The notes beneath the pieces are model-generated. The model saw only the letters and a program-made list of their open reading frames with translations. It ran no database searches and was not told the DNA's origin. Made by a program: the position numbers and the translations under genes. Shown here one piece after another: positions 41,401 through 53,399 of a stretch of 64,000 bases of DNA (position 1 is its first letter; each line of letters begins with the position of its first letter). The stretch lies in contig CM120641.1 of NCBI GenBank assembly GCA_051362555.1, forward strand, positions 18,848,001 through 18,912,000, in the 5' to 3' direction. Source of the DNA: Lingula anatina. Lineage: Eukaryota > Animalia > Brachiopoda.

Positions 41401-44400
41401 AAGTCCTCTTCTTTGCTGTTGATTATAAAATTTTAATGGAATATTCATTGAACACAACAACTTCAGTTCATCAGTTTTGGATTTCCTTTTGATATGCAAA
41501 ACAACTTAGCCTTTTTAATATTCTGACCAAAATTAACATCATTATACTATAAATCATTTCATACATGGTATCCTCTGGAACATATTTTATTTTGTATATT
41601 ATTATTTTTTGAAGTGGATTCAGATTAAGTTAAACTGAGCATGATCTGACTAATGTCACAAGACAACCAGATAACTTAGCTTTGCCCATAAGAATGCCTT
41701 AGAATATAAAATCTTCAATTACAATGGCAGATCCAAGGGGACACACCAGGCAAATCCATTCCTGTTCAATAGATATATAGTATATTTGTTCTCATCTGCT
41801 GTTGTATATTGCAGAGCAAAAGAAGGCATTTTTGCCCCCCCCCTTCCCATCCCTCCCTTAGTAAAATATTGGATATGCCACTGTGTCAATCACTCTGGTT
41901 GCTCAAACTACCAACACTCAAAATATTCCATATCATTCCAGTATCTATAACTCACCACCTTAGAAGTCCCTAATTTAAATAAATATTTCCATTCCTTCCA
42001 TGTGACCTTCTCGTCCAATGCCGACATCAACTCCTCGACGCGTACCAGGAACAAAGGAACTTCATCAATTAGCTGTTCAAGATTTTTTGCAACTGAACGG
42101 ATTTTTTCCTCCTGGGTCATTAGGCTGAAGTTTTCTCTGAAAAAGTATTATTTACATCACAATGAGCTTATCTAGAAAATTTAGGCTAAACATCTGTAGG
42201 TGTCATCTGAATCTTTTAAATAAATAGAATCAATGTAATGGTTTGCCAGTCCATCATTCTGCAACAAATATATTAAGAATTTGTTTTAAAACTGCATTTT
42301 CACTTCAGCTGGACCACATCATTAAAATAGATCCAAGAATGATTGCCAATAATTTTTTCTTACTTTTTCTGCATAAGATGCATAAAATTTGTAGTAGTTT
42401 TATCATGGAAGTACTTAAGCTTCATCAATTCCCTCCTATGTAGTGCCTGGAATAGAAGAAAACAACTGAATGTCTAATGTCGCTGTAAATATTATCACTA
42501 AATATTGCATTTTTCAAACATAGCTTAAAATACTAAAAAGATGCATACTTGAAAAACAGAAAGGGACAGTTTTTCAGAAATTAAATTTCAGAACCCAATT
42601 TATACCAATTGGTCGTCTTATTCAGTGACATTGAAATGACATTTAAAATAATATTTCCACAATACTATTAGCAGATTTAGCAATATCCATATTACGTTTT
42701 TTAAGGTCCGACCCATGGCCTCTACAATTTGCCCCTTCTTAGATTTCTTGTCATGTTTGTGTGGTTTATCAGCTGGTTTATCAGCTGGTTTGTCACCGGG
42801 CTTCTCTGTGGGGCTGCCTGCAGTGCTGTTTGAGCTTGAAGTAATGACCTGTTCTAGTGCTGTCTTGATTTCAATTACAAAGTGAGCAATTGTGTCCAAT
42901 GTCTTCTCAACCTAAAAAACATAAAACTTAAAACATGAATGACTGCAACATGATTCACAATAAAACAATGAGAATAGAAACAAATAGCTCTGAGTATCAT
43001 TTCATCACATTTCTTTATTCCAATTAATTCCAATTTTTGCCACTTGATTGAAAGACACCATTTAAAACTTTCAATTTAAAGAATATATGAAACCAATTCA
43101 ATTTGTTTTCTTTAGTAACTACCACCTTTACTCACCTCTGGAACTAAATAGCCTGCTATTTCTTGTCTCTGGGTTGCAGTTAGTCCATTTGTGTGCTGTT
43201 TTATTACTTCTAAAAACCTTCTCAGTTGGTTCATGAATACCGGTAACCTGGAAGGCAGTACGAAACTTTAATCTCTTTGACTAAAACACTTGCAGTGCAA
43301 AGAGACCATTCCCAGAGACTATCGTACTAACTTTGGATCGAACTATCTTCAAGGGAATTCTCACTTAATTGCAATTAACTTAAGCAGCTTAGATGTCTGT
43401 CACGTCTACTAGCAGCTTTAGTAGGTGTCCCAGACATCTAAGCCACTTAAGCTGAAAGCAATTTAGCAAGAAACCCCGTGAAGATGGACCAATCCTGTTA
43501 AATCAATCTAGGGATGGGAACCCAGTCAAAGACTCCTCCCTTAAAAGTATCTCAAAATCTGAATTTTCTGCACCAAATTTTACTAATACATGTCTCAAAA
43601 AAGTCCAAGTAATCATTTAAAGAATTAAAATCCAAGGCACTGGTAACTTTGTCACTATACCATATTTACTGACCTTGATTTTGCATATTTGATTATTTCA
43701 TGTCTCTCTTCTCTAGAGAGTTCCCCTTTTCTTCTTGAAAACAGGTCACTTAATATCAGTAACTTTGCACCAGCTGCAAGATGAACATCAGATACTAACA
43801 TGAGTCACAGTTTTATGCAGTAATACCTATTTCTGATCTTTTCCATCATATAACAAGGCAGCAAAGCTGTCAAATGTACAGACAAAAAGCAGACAATAAC
43901 AATGCACAAAATAGGCTACTGTCAATTCTGATGCAAAAGTACATTATGCTTAACTGCAAATTCAACATCAAATTTAAACTATGCTCAACAGGTAATACCA
44001 ATGTAAGTAAAATGTGTAACAAGCATAAGGCTTCAGGCCCATGGGAGTTCAAGTTCACACTTCGAAAATGCCAGAATGAGAAAAATGAAAATTTCACACA
44101 AAACTGCATCAATTCAATAATAAATGATAACCCAATTGAGCTGGCTTTCTAATTTTGAACTGCATGCCAATCCTAAAAATCATACTTGTAAGTTAAAAAT
44201 AATAATAAGTAACACAGTTTTCTTTTCATAATGTTTGTAGTAGCAGTGCAAAAAGATTTTTGTCAATTTTGATGTAACATTACATAATAAATTACAGAAT
44301 AATTATCACCAATTTTTGATTATTGACTATAAATAGCATGGACATGTAGAAAATTTGATTACCATTTGGCTTCATGTCCATGGGAGCTTAGAGTCCCACA

Positions 44401-47037
44401 ATGAATATGCCAACATGATAAAAATGAATATTTCACTAAAATGTATACGTAACTTCCAGAAAAAGAAGCCAATTAGACTGCTTTTCCATTTTTGAAACTC
44501 TATTATACAATACATGATAACAAGTTTACCATCATTTTTACAAACTCAACTAACAATGTTGTAAAGATGCAGGAAATGTCAAACAAACACTTTTACGTAT
44601 CTTATTAGTTAAATAATGAGACTGTTAACATGCCTAAGAATTAAATCTGAGGAAATGTGAAAAAACAGCATAACTTATGAAATAATGGCCCGATTATGCT
44701 GATTTTCGAACTTGACCTGCGTTTTAGTAAGATTGATTACTCCTGTGAGTTTCATGACAACAGGCCTATCTGTTTTCCTTGAAATGTGTTAACAGTGTTG
44801 CATATATGCTGAAAAGTGAAAAAACAGCATAACTACTAAAATAGTGGCCCGATCATGCTGATTTTCGAACTTGATCTGTGTTTTAGTAAGATTGATTACT
44901 CCTGTGAATTTCATGACAACAGGCCTATCGGTTTTCCTTGAAATGTGTTAACAGTGTTGCATATATGCTGAAAAGTTAAAAAAAAGAATTAATTCTACAA
45001 TAATGGCCCGATCATGCTGATTTTCGAACTTGACCTGCATTTTATGAATATTCATCAGCTCTGTAAATATAAAGCCAAAAAGTAAAACTGCCCTCCACTT
45101 ATCGTGTTAACAAGGAAAGTGCACGGCGCTGGCATCGGCGACGGCATCGGCATCGGCGACAACAGATGCAGGTGATGGCAATATGTACAGACACATCTGT
45201 GTCTGTACATAAAAAGCATTGACGCATGCAGTTTCTAGAAGCAACTAGACAACAAAGCTGACAAATATGCAGACACTATACAGGAAACAAGGCAGCAAAG
45301 GTAACACATGTTCAGACATTTCACAAAAAAAAGTGCACCAAATAATGTTTTGGCCATTTTGATGCACAGTTACACTATTACATAATGCTTTGAAACAGCA
45401 TAATCACTCTTACCCTCTTGCATTATGTACTACAGGTAACATGGACATTGAAAAACTAGCAAGTTATTCAGTTTCATGGGCTATAAAAGCCACTGAAAAT
45501 GCTAATGTGTAAAAAAGAAAAAAACTCACAAAAAAAAAAAAAACAGAATAATTACCATAAATGTAAACCAATCATGCAGATTTTTAAAGCAACCTGCCTC
45601 TTTACCAAACAAAGCCACTCAGTAAATTTGACATTAAAAAAAAATACGGTTCGGAAGTTATGGGGCGAACGTCACCAAAATTATGCAAAAAAAAAAAAAA
45701 AAAACAGAATTATTACCATCAATGTTCACCAATCTTGCTGATTTTCAAAAGCAACCTGCTTCTTTGCTAAACAAAGCCACTCAGTAAATTTAACATAAAA
45801 CAAAAATACAGTTTGGCAGTTATGGGGCAAACATCATGACATGGACAGACAGACCATTCAGAATATAAACCGACACTGTAAGTAGTATATAAAAATAACT
45901 TATAACTATAGCAGAGGGAAAATTGTAGAGCACAGCACAGTGACCAACTGTGACAAAATACATCGAAACAATAAAAACAGGATAAATCCTCAAACAAATT
46001 GCGATTGCCCACTTTAACTTGATATGCATTTGCTCCCTAGTGTGGACTTCAGCAAGTTTAAAAAAAGAACAGCAACTTCTTATCTTATATTACTAGAACA
46101 AGAAAGGTAATTTTATTTTTGCTGAGGTTTTGGCATGGGCAATGCAGTCAGTCTGGCTATGGCTAAACCAACAATTTTCATAAATGAAATTTTGCAACAA
46201 GGCAGCAAAGCTGTCAAATGTACAGACAAAAAACAGAAAATAAAGATGCAAAAAAGGTCATTTTGTCAATTTTGATGCAATAATAAATAATGCTTATAAT
46301 AGCACTGTCAGTCAACACTGAATTTTAATCTTGCACAACGGGTAACATGGTCAATAACAGGAGCAGACCCAGAGATATTTTCTGACAGTATTCCAAAGTA
46401 TCTATGTTGATCCATCCTCCATTTTGATGGTCTTCCAACAGAAAAAAATAGATACCAGTCAATATAAACTTAATAACCTGACTGTCTTCCGGAAGACCGA
46501 GAAGATGGTCTCAATCCACCCCTTCAATAAGATTACAGTTTCAGGACCATGAGAGTTCAAATTCACATTATGAAAGTCTCAATATTTGAAAAATGATGAC
46601 AGTGCATAAAATAATATTACATAATGTTTAAAGACATAAAAAACAATACAACTGCTTATGTAGAAATACAGAAAATGTGCAGAGCCCCAGGCAGATGAGA
46701 GTTAAAAGTCACAAATGCAAGTGTTTGAGAAAAAATTATAAAGGAAAACAACAAAACTAGAAAAGCACTTTGAGAGTGCAGACCTCTGCCAAGGCAGCAA
46801 TTGTTGATTATTATTGATAATTGATTGATTATTGATCCGGACCACCACCAAAAATTAATCATTGTCCTCTTTGGCCCACTTCCGACAGTTCCTGAAAATT
46901 TCTGCAAAATTGGTCCATAACTTTTTGTGTTATACGGATGACAGACAAACAGGGGTGAAAATATAACCCCCCTTGGCAGAGCTTGAGGTAAATATAATTC
47001 CAATGAAGATGCTATTCAAACTTTTAATCTTCCAGTT

Positions 47038-47109
<72 letters not shown>

Positions 47110-50100
47110 CTTATTTGCAATATTAAACAAAATTTACCTGCATAATTATCACTGCTTCCTTATTATTAATCTAGCAAAGAGCTTTACCTTTGGGAGTTTA
47201 CAGGGAAATATCAACAAGTGTGCTTTACGTAATCTCATTTAATGGCCTATTAAAGCAAATGACTTTATAACTCTGAAATTAATCTAGTAATACCCAAGGG
47301 TAATTTACAGACTGACCCACTCAAAGGTCTTCAGGCCCATAAGTCACACCTTAAGAAAAGCACAAAACCATAATGCCCAAAATAGGAGACTACCAATCCT
47401 GATGCAATAATACATTATGTTTAACTGCACAGTCAACATCAACTTATGCACAACAGGTAACACAGACGAAAGTAAAAGCGTAAGGCTCCAGGCCCATCAG
47501 AGTTCAAGTTTATACTTAGAAAGTGCCAGAATGAGAAAAATGAAAATTTCACAAAAAATGCATAAATACAATAAACATGATAATCCAATAGAGCTGGTTT
47601 TCTCATGAGCTGAAGGCCAATCCTAAAAATCGTACTTGTAAGTTTAAAATTATAATAAGTAGCACAGTTTTCTTTTCATAATGTTTGCAGTAGCAGCAAA
47701 AAGATTGTTGTCAATTTTGATGTAACATTACATAATAAATTAGAGAATAATTATCACCAATTTTTGTTTATTGACTATAAATAGGATGGACATGTAGAAA
47801 ATATGATTACCATTTGGCTTCATGTCCATGGGAGCTCCGAGTCCCACAATGAATATGCCAAAAAGATAATGAATATTACACTAAAATGTATAACTTCCAG
47901 AAAAAGAAGCCAATTAGACTGCTTTTCTAACTCAGGCTGCATTTTAGTCCTGTGTTTCTTTTTTGAAAGTTTGACAGTCATAAGTAACACGGTTTTCCCA
48001 TAATGGTCATCAAGGCAGCAGCACCAAAAATTGTGTTTTCTTCTATTTTGATGCAACATTACATAATGCTTAACAGCATACTGACCATCGATTTTTAATA
48101 ATAAAATATAAGTGTCATGGATTTTCACAAAATGTGACTAGCATGGGTCTTCAAGCCCGTGGAGGTTCTAAGTCACACCTTGGAAATGCCAATATGTGAA
48201 AAATTAAATTTTCACAAAAAACTGTTTAATTGCCAGAAAAATTTACCAAACAGAGTGCATTGCCTACTGAAGCTGTATTTTAGTCCCATGTTTCTTTCCT
48301 GTAAGTTTGAGAACAGTAAGTGACATGATTTTCCTTAAATGGTCATCATGGGAGCACTGCCCAAAATAGGGGTTTCTTCAAATTTGATGCAATATTACAT
48401 AATGTTTTACAGCATAATAACCATCAATTTTTAATTACAAAATATTAGTATCATGGTTATTCAGAAAATGTAACTAGCAAAAGTCTTCAGGCCCATGGAA
48501 CTTCAAAGTCACATATTGAAAATGCCAAAATGTAAACAAGACAGCACTGTTCTGAAATGGGTTTATTTCCATTTTTAACACTTTTTTAACATAAAACAAA
48601 TAAACAGTTTACTGCCATTTTTATATGACCAATGAAGAAAATTGATGAGATGGGAAAAGTATCAATAGAACAGTGTTAAATGTCCAACTTCCTCCATTCT
48701 GAGATTCTGAACATAGTGGATGAATGCATCTGACAAACTGCAATGATATGAGTTTATTTCCATTTTTGACACTTTATTACACAATACATGATAACAAGTT
48801 TACCATCATTTTTACAAAATCAACTAACAATGTTGTAAAGATGCAGGAAATGTCAAACAAACACTTTTATGTATCTTATTAGTTCAATAATGAGACTGTT
48901 AATATGCCTAACAATTGAATCTGAGGAAATGTGAAAAAACAGCATAACTTCTAAAATAATGGCCCGATTATGCTGATTTTGGAACTTAACCTGCATTTTA
49001 GTTAGTTTGACTACTCCTGTGAGTATAATGACAATTGGCCTATCTGTTTTTCTTATATTGTGTTATTAGCGTTGCATATATGTTGAAAGTAGTGAAAAAA
49101 CAGCATAACATCCCTAAAAATGGCCCGATCATGCTGATTTTCAAACTTGACCTGCGTATTTTGAATATTCATCAGTTTTGTAAGTTTCAAGCCAAAAGGT
49201 AAAATGGTTTTCCATTTATGGTGTTATCGGTGCTGCATATATGCTGAAAAAAGAGAAAAAATAGCCTAAATTCACTAAAAATGACCCAATCACGCTGATT
49301 TTCGAACTTGACCTGCGTATTATGAATATTCATCAGATCTGTAAGTTTCAAGCCAAAAGGTAAAATGGTTTTCCACTTATCGTGTTATCGGTGCTGCATA
49401 TATGCTGAAAAAAGTGAAAAAACAGCATAAATTCCCTATTAGTGACCCGATCATGCTGATTTTCGAACTTGACCTGCGTATTATGAATATTCATCAGATC
49501 TGTAAGTTTCAAGCCAAAAGGTAAAATGGTTTTCCACTTATCATGTTACGGTGCTGCATATATGCTGAAAAAAGTGAAAAAACAGCATAAATTCCCTATA
49601 AGTGACCCTATCATGCTGATTTTCGAACTTGACCTGCGTATTATGAATATTCATCAGTTCTGTAAGTTTCAAGCCAAAAGGTAAAATGATTTTCCACTTA
49701 TCGTGTTATCGGTGCTGCATATATGCTGAAAAAAGTGAAAAAACAGCATAAATTCCCTATTAGTGATCCGATCATGCTGATTTTCGAACTTGACCTGCGT
49801 ATTACGAATATTTATCAGTTCTGTAAGTTTCAAGCCAAAAGAAAAAACAGCTTTCCACTTATCGTGTTATCGGTAAAAGTGCACGGCGACGACGGCGACG
49901 GCGACGGCGACGACAGACGCAGATGATGGCTATATGTACAGACACATCTGTGTCTGTACATAATAAAAATGCAAGGCTTGAAAATACATAAAAAATCTTA
50001 AGTATCACTTCACGTACATCCACAGAGGGCACTTAAAGGTTGAAATGGCTATTTACAAAGGACTTGTTTCACAAAAGAACTGAAACACTTCAGACCTAAA

Positions 50101-53100
50101 ATTTTCTAATTCAGTTCAAGATAAATTCATAGTGGTCTGCTTAGATAAAGTAAATATTGGCCTGAAACATTAGCCATATATCTTTCTTCTTATAAAATAT
50201 GTATTTAATTTTATTGAACAACTACTGTTTTGTCTTTGGTCAAAGGAGACTAAAATTAACGTCTAAAAGTTTAGACCAATTTTGGACTTTTGAAACCGGC
50301 TCCAGCAGTGGGTTAGCTGCCAAGATTGATAGTGTCTCATCACAAGGAGACTATCACTTCTAAACAAGTGATCAGTTACACATATTCACTAGCCATTTTG
50401 CTTGAATGAACTGTATGGCACTACAACTTCTTCTACTACTACTACTAGACTCTGAATACATTCAAGGCCCCAAAAAACACCACCACCCAAGAAGTTGCTA
50501 TCTTACCAACACAAGCTTCCCTGATAGCCTGCTTTACCACATAACACAACTTGGCAGGATTGGCGACGAGGTTCTCCCCTGGGGTCTCCATCACGGGACT
50601 CTGGCCAGCACTGCTAGAGGTACCTGTGGTCTTGCCATTAAATAAGTCTATGATCTTGTCTGCACAGGAGTGCATGTCTGAGACTAGGCTGGTGATTTCT
50701 GAAATGTTGAAGTAACCATTAGAAAATATGGTAGTGACTTACTAAATTTCTACATACTGAATTAACTTCAACAAAACAATGTCTATTTTGCAATATTTAA
50801 TGTGTAATTCAATTATTGTCCACAAATCTCTCCACTGAAAAGTTATGGAAGGTTAGTTGGCTTCCTATCTAAAGAAATCTTTTTATAAGTAACTAAAAAT
50901 GATAAATCTTTCAACAGTAAGATACTAAAATAAATGATTGTCCTATCATCTTTGAGCTGGTTTTAACCAAAATGGACACAAGAATGGTTTGTTTTACAAG
51001 ATTTGTTGACTCAATTTACAAAATTTATGATAGATAAAATGGCATTTCCTTTAGCCTTGTTTTGATTTCAACCAAGTCTGGCAGATTGTTTCACCATTAA
51101 GTTGGTCTGCTATTCCAACTAGCGACCAACATGAGCCAATATATATATATACTTGTTAGATCATACCCTTTCATACAAAAATATGCTTAATCCAATAAAG
51201 ATTATTATTATTTAAAACCCACAGCTTTCCACTTACGTTGCCTCAAGGCCACATTTTTAAGAAAGGTATTGCACATGTCCACAAATCTCTCAAAGCCAGG
51301 CACCTTGCCCAAGTGTCTTACACAGTCCTTAGCTGCCTGTTCTGATAGTCCTCGCGGCAAACTCTCAGAATATAGATAATGCAGTGTAGTACTGAGCACA
51401 TCTTCGGGTAGCCCTGACAATGGGGGAGGTGTGCTGGACCAGTCCACAGTAGAGACACCTAGACTGAGGATGGCCTTATGCGCTTTAAACTGAAAGAGTA
51501 ATGGAAAAAGTATGTTAAGGTATAGAGAAAGTCTTTTTTTTTAATCAAAATAATGCAAGTTTTGCGATTTAAAATTTTATATGACTTATCTATGGGCATG
51601 TTTAAAACATATAAAATACAATGATTTCAACAAACATTTGATTTTGAGTTCAGACAGATAGACTTTATGGGCAAGAGATGATTATTCCAATCAAGTGGAC
51701 TTAAATTTCTGGAAGCCTCTATTTAAATTTATTTTTCTAAATAAATGAATGAACTAGGTGAAGTTGTTATCAGGAATTCAGGGGAATGTATAAAAAACAC
51801 AATCAAAATTAATTTTGTGCAGTATTTCTAAGAATTAATTGCCCTTATGCCTTATATGACCAAATCATACTTTTATACAATTCATCTCCACACACTATTG
51901 TACAATGTGGCCAAAAAATCTTACTTCTTTGTTATTGTCAGCAGTGATGGTAACATCAGCAAAGTAGCCTTGTTCCAGAGCACCAATAAAGGAAAAAGGA
52001 ATGTCATCTTTAGGGTCACTGGAGGAGACCTAGGAATAATGATGCTATTTAGGATACAGAAGAAGGAGAAAATGAACAAAGAGGTATAAACTTTGAAATA
52101 ATATGTTTAATGCGATTAAAGAATGAAAACTGAGTCACATGCTGGACACTCACATACTGTTCGTGCACATGAGATCATATCAGCTGTGCTTGAGTGTCCA
52201 GCATTTATTTTAATGTTTTATCATTTAATTGTTTAAAACTACAACTGGATAAATCATAATATACACTGTGATATATTGTTTCATACTCATCTTCAAATAA
52301 CCACTAACGCAAATACATACTGCTCAGTTCAGAAAAATAAAACACACTTAGATAATCAATATTTGCAAATGCAAACAGGCTTCAACACAACTGATACATA
52401 TACAGGAAATCAAAAAGCCCCCACCCCAACTCTCCATGCTGATAAATGGCAAATTACCTTCAAACACTTAAAAAAATTAACTTTTAAAGTAAACATAAAT
52501 TACTTTTACCTTCTGACATTGCAGCATACAACATCTCTCATAAGTCAACAACATCAGATCATCAGATACTTCCACCTAAAAAAATAAAAACTGGAGCATC
52601 AAATTCAATCAAAGCATCACTGATATGAGAGAATATCCAAATATTTGAGTAAATTATGACCTGTATCTCTTCTAATTTTTTTTCTCTATTTCATCAGCGA
52701 CATCAAAAGTAGATTTATAATCTTTCTGAGAAAAAGAAGTCAATGGCATTTAAAGATTACTCAGACATGTATAAATTGCTCGAGGATCTATCTGTTTCTG
52801 TGTACTTGCACAGATACTTGGTTATGATTTCATGCTTCGTTTGATCTATAATCCTCTGTAATTCTACTACAAATCTATTACACTTCAGTTCTGAACAGTC
52901 TATGTTTACAAATCTATCTGAAATTGTTTTCAGACCAAATAGTTCCCTAAGGATCATGACAATATGATCTAGCAATTTCTTCATTATTCTTAATTCTGTG
53001 TGGTAGATCCTGAAACAAATATTCCCTGAAGCAGCAGCAGTGCTAAAGCTCACTCAATGGAAAAACACTCTCCATCTGCTTTGTTTTTTCCCCATGCAGA

Positions 53101-53339
53101 GATGAAAAGGCCAGGTCACTTACCTTGAATTCTATAATATGTCCAGCAAATGTTCCAAAGAATTTGAGTGCTGGAGGATCAGCCATAGAAACCTTCAAAT
53201 TAAAACATAATCTAAACATTATCATACAGTCAGTATATCACCATTTTCAGAAATCATCTACTAATTGTCTCATTCTTTTTTTTTCATGTATCATTCATGA
53301 ATACAGACCAATCCAAGCACATTTAAAAATAACAAAAGC

Positions 53340-53399
<60 letters not shown>

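Larger units (their letters stand above)
46196..49965 (+). mobile_element. HINE family A, copy 4 (long and interrupted; five ~161-bp monomers)
   Basis: 5' AACAAGGCAGCAAAGCTGTC at 46196, module X ~47330-48533, module Y from 48535. GAATATT(C/T)ATCAG occurs at 49163, 49324, 49485, 49645 and 49806. Hairpin at 49933-49962. The span may be two adjacent elements. Confidence 0.8.

Noticed and set aside
46930-47242. ORFs with IYIYIY or LFIY runs (also 15331, 53125 and 58164)
   Set aside because: They are translations of (TA)n and (TTTA)n microsatellites.
50061-50303. Possible MITE (GGACTTGTTTCACAAAAG ... CTTTTGAAACCGGCTCC); similar weak cases at 10124-10320 and 28771
   Set aside because: The inverted repeats are too degenerate to support confidently by eye.
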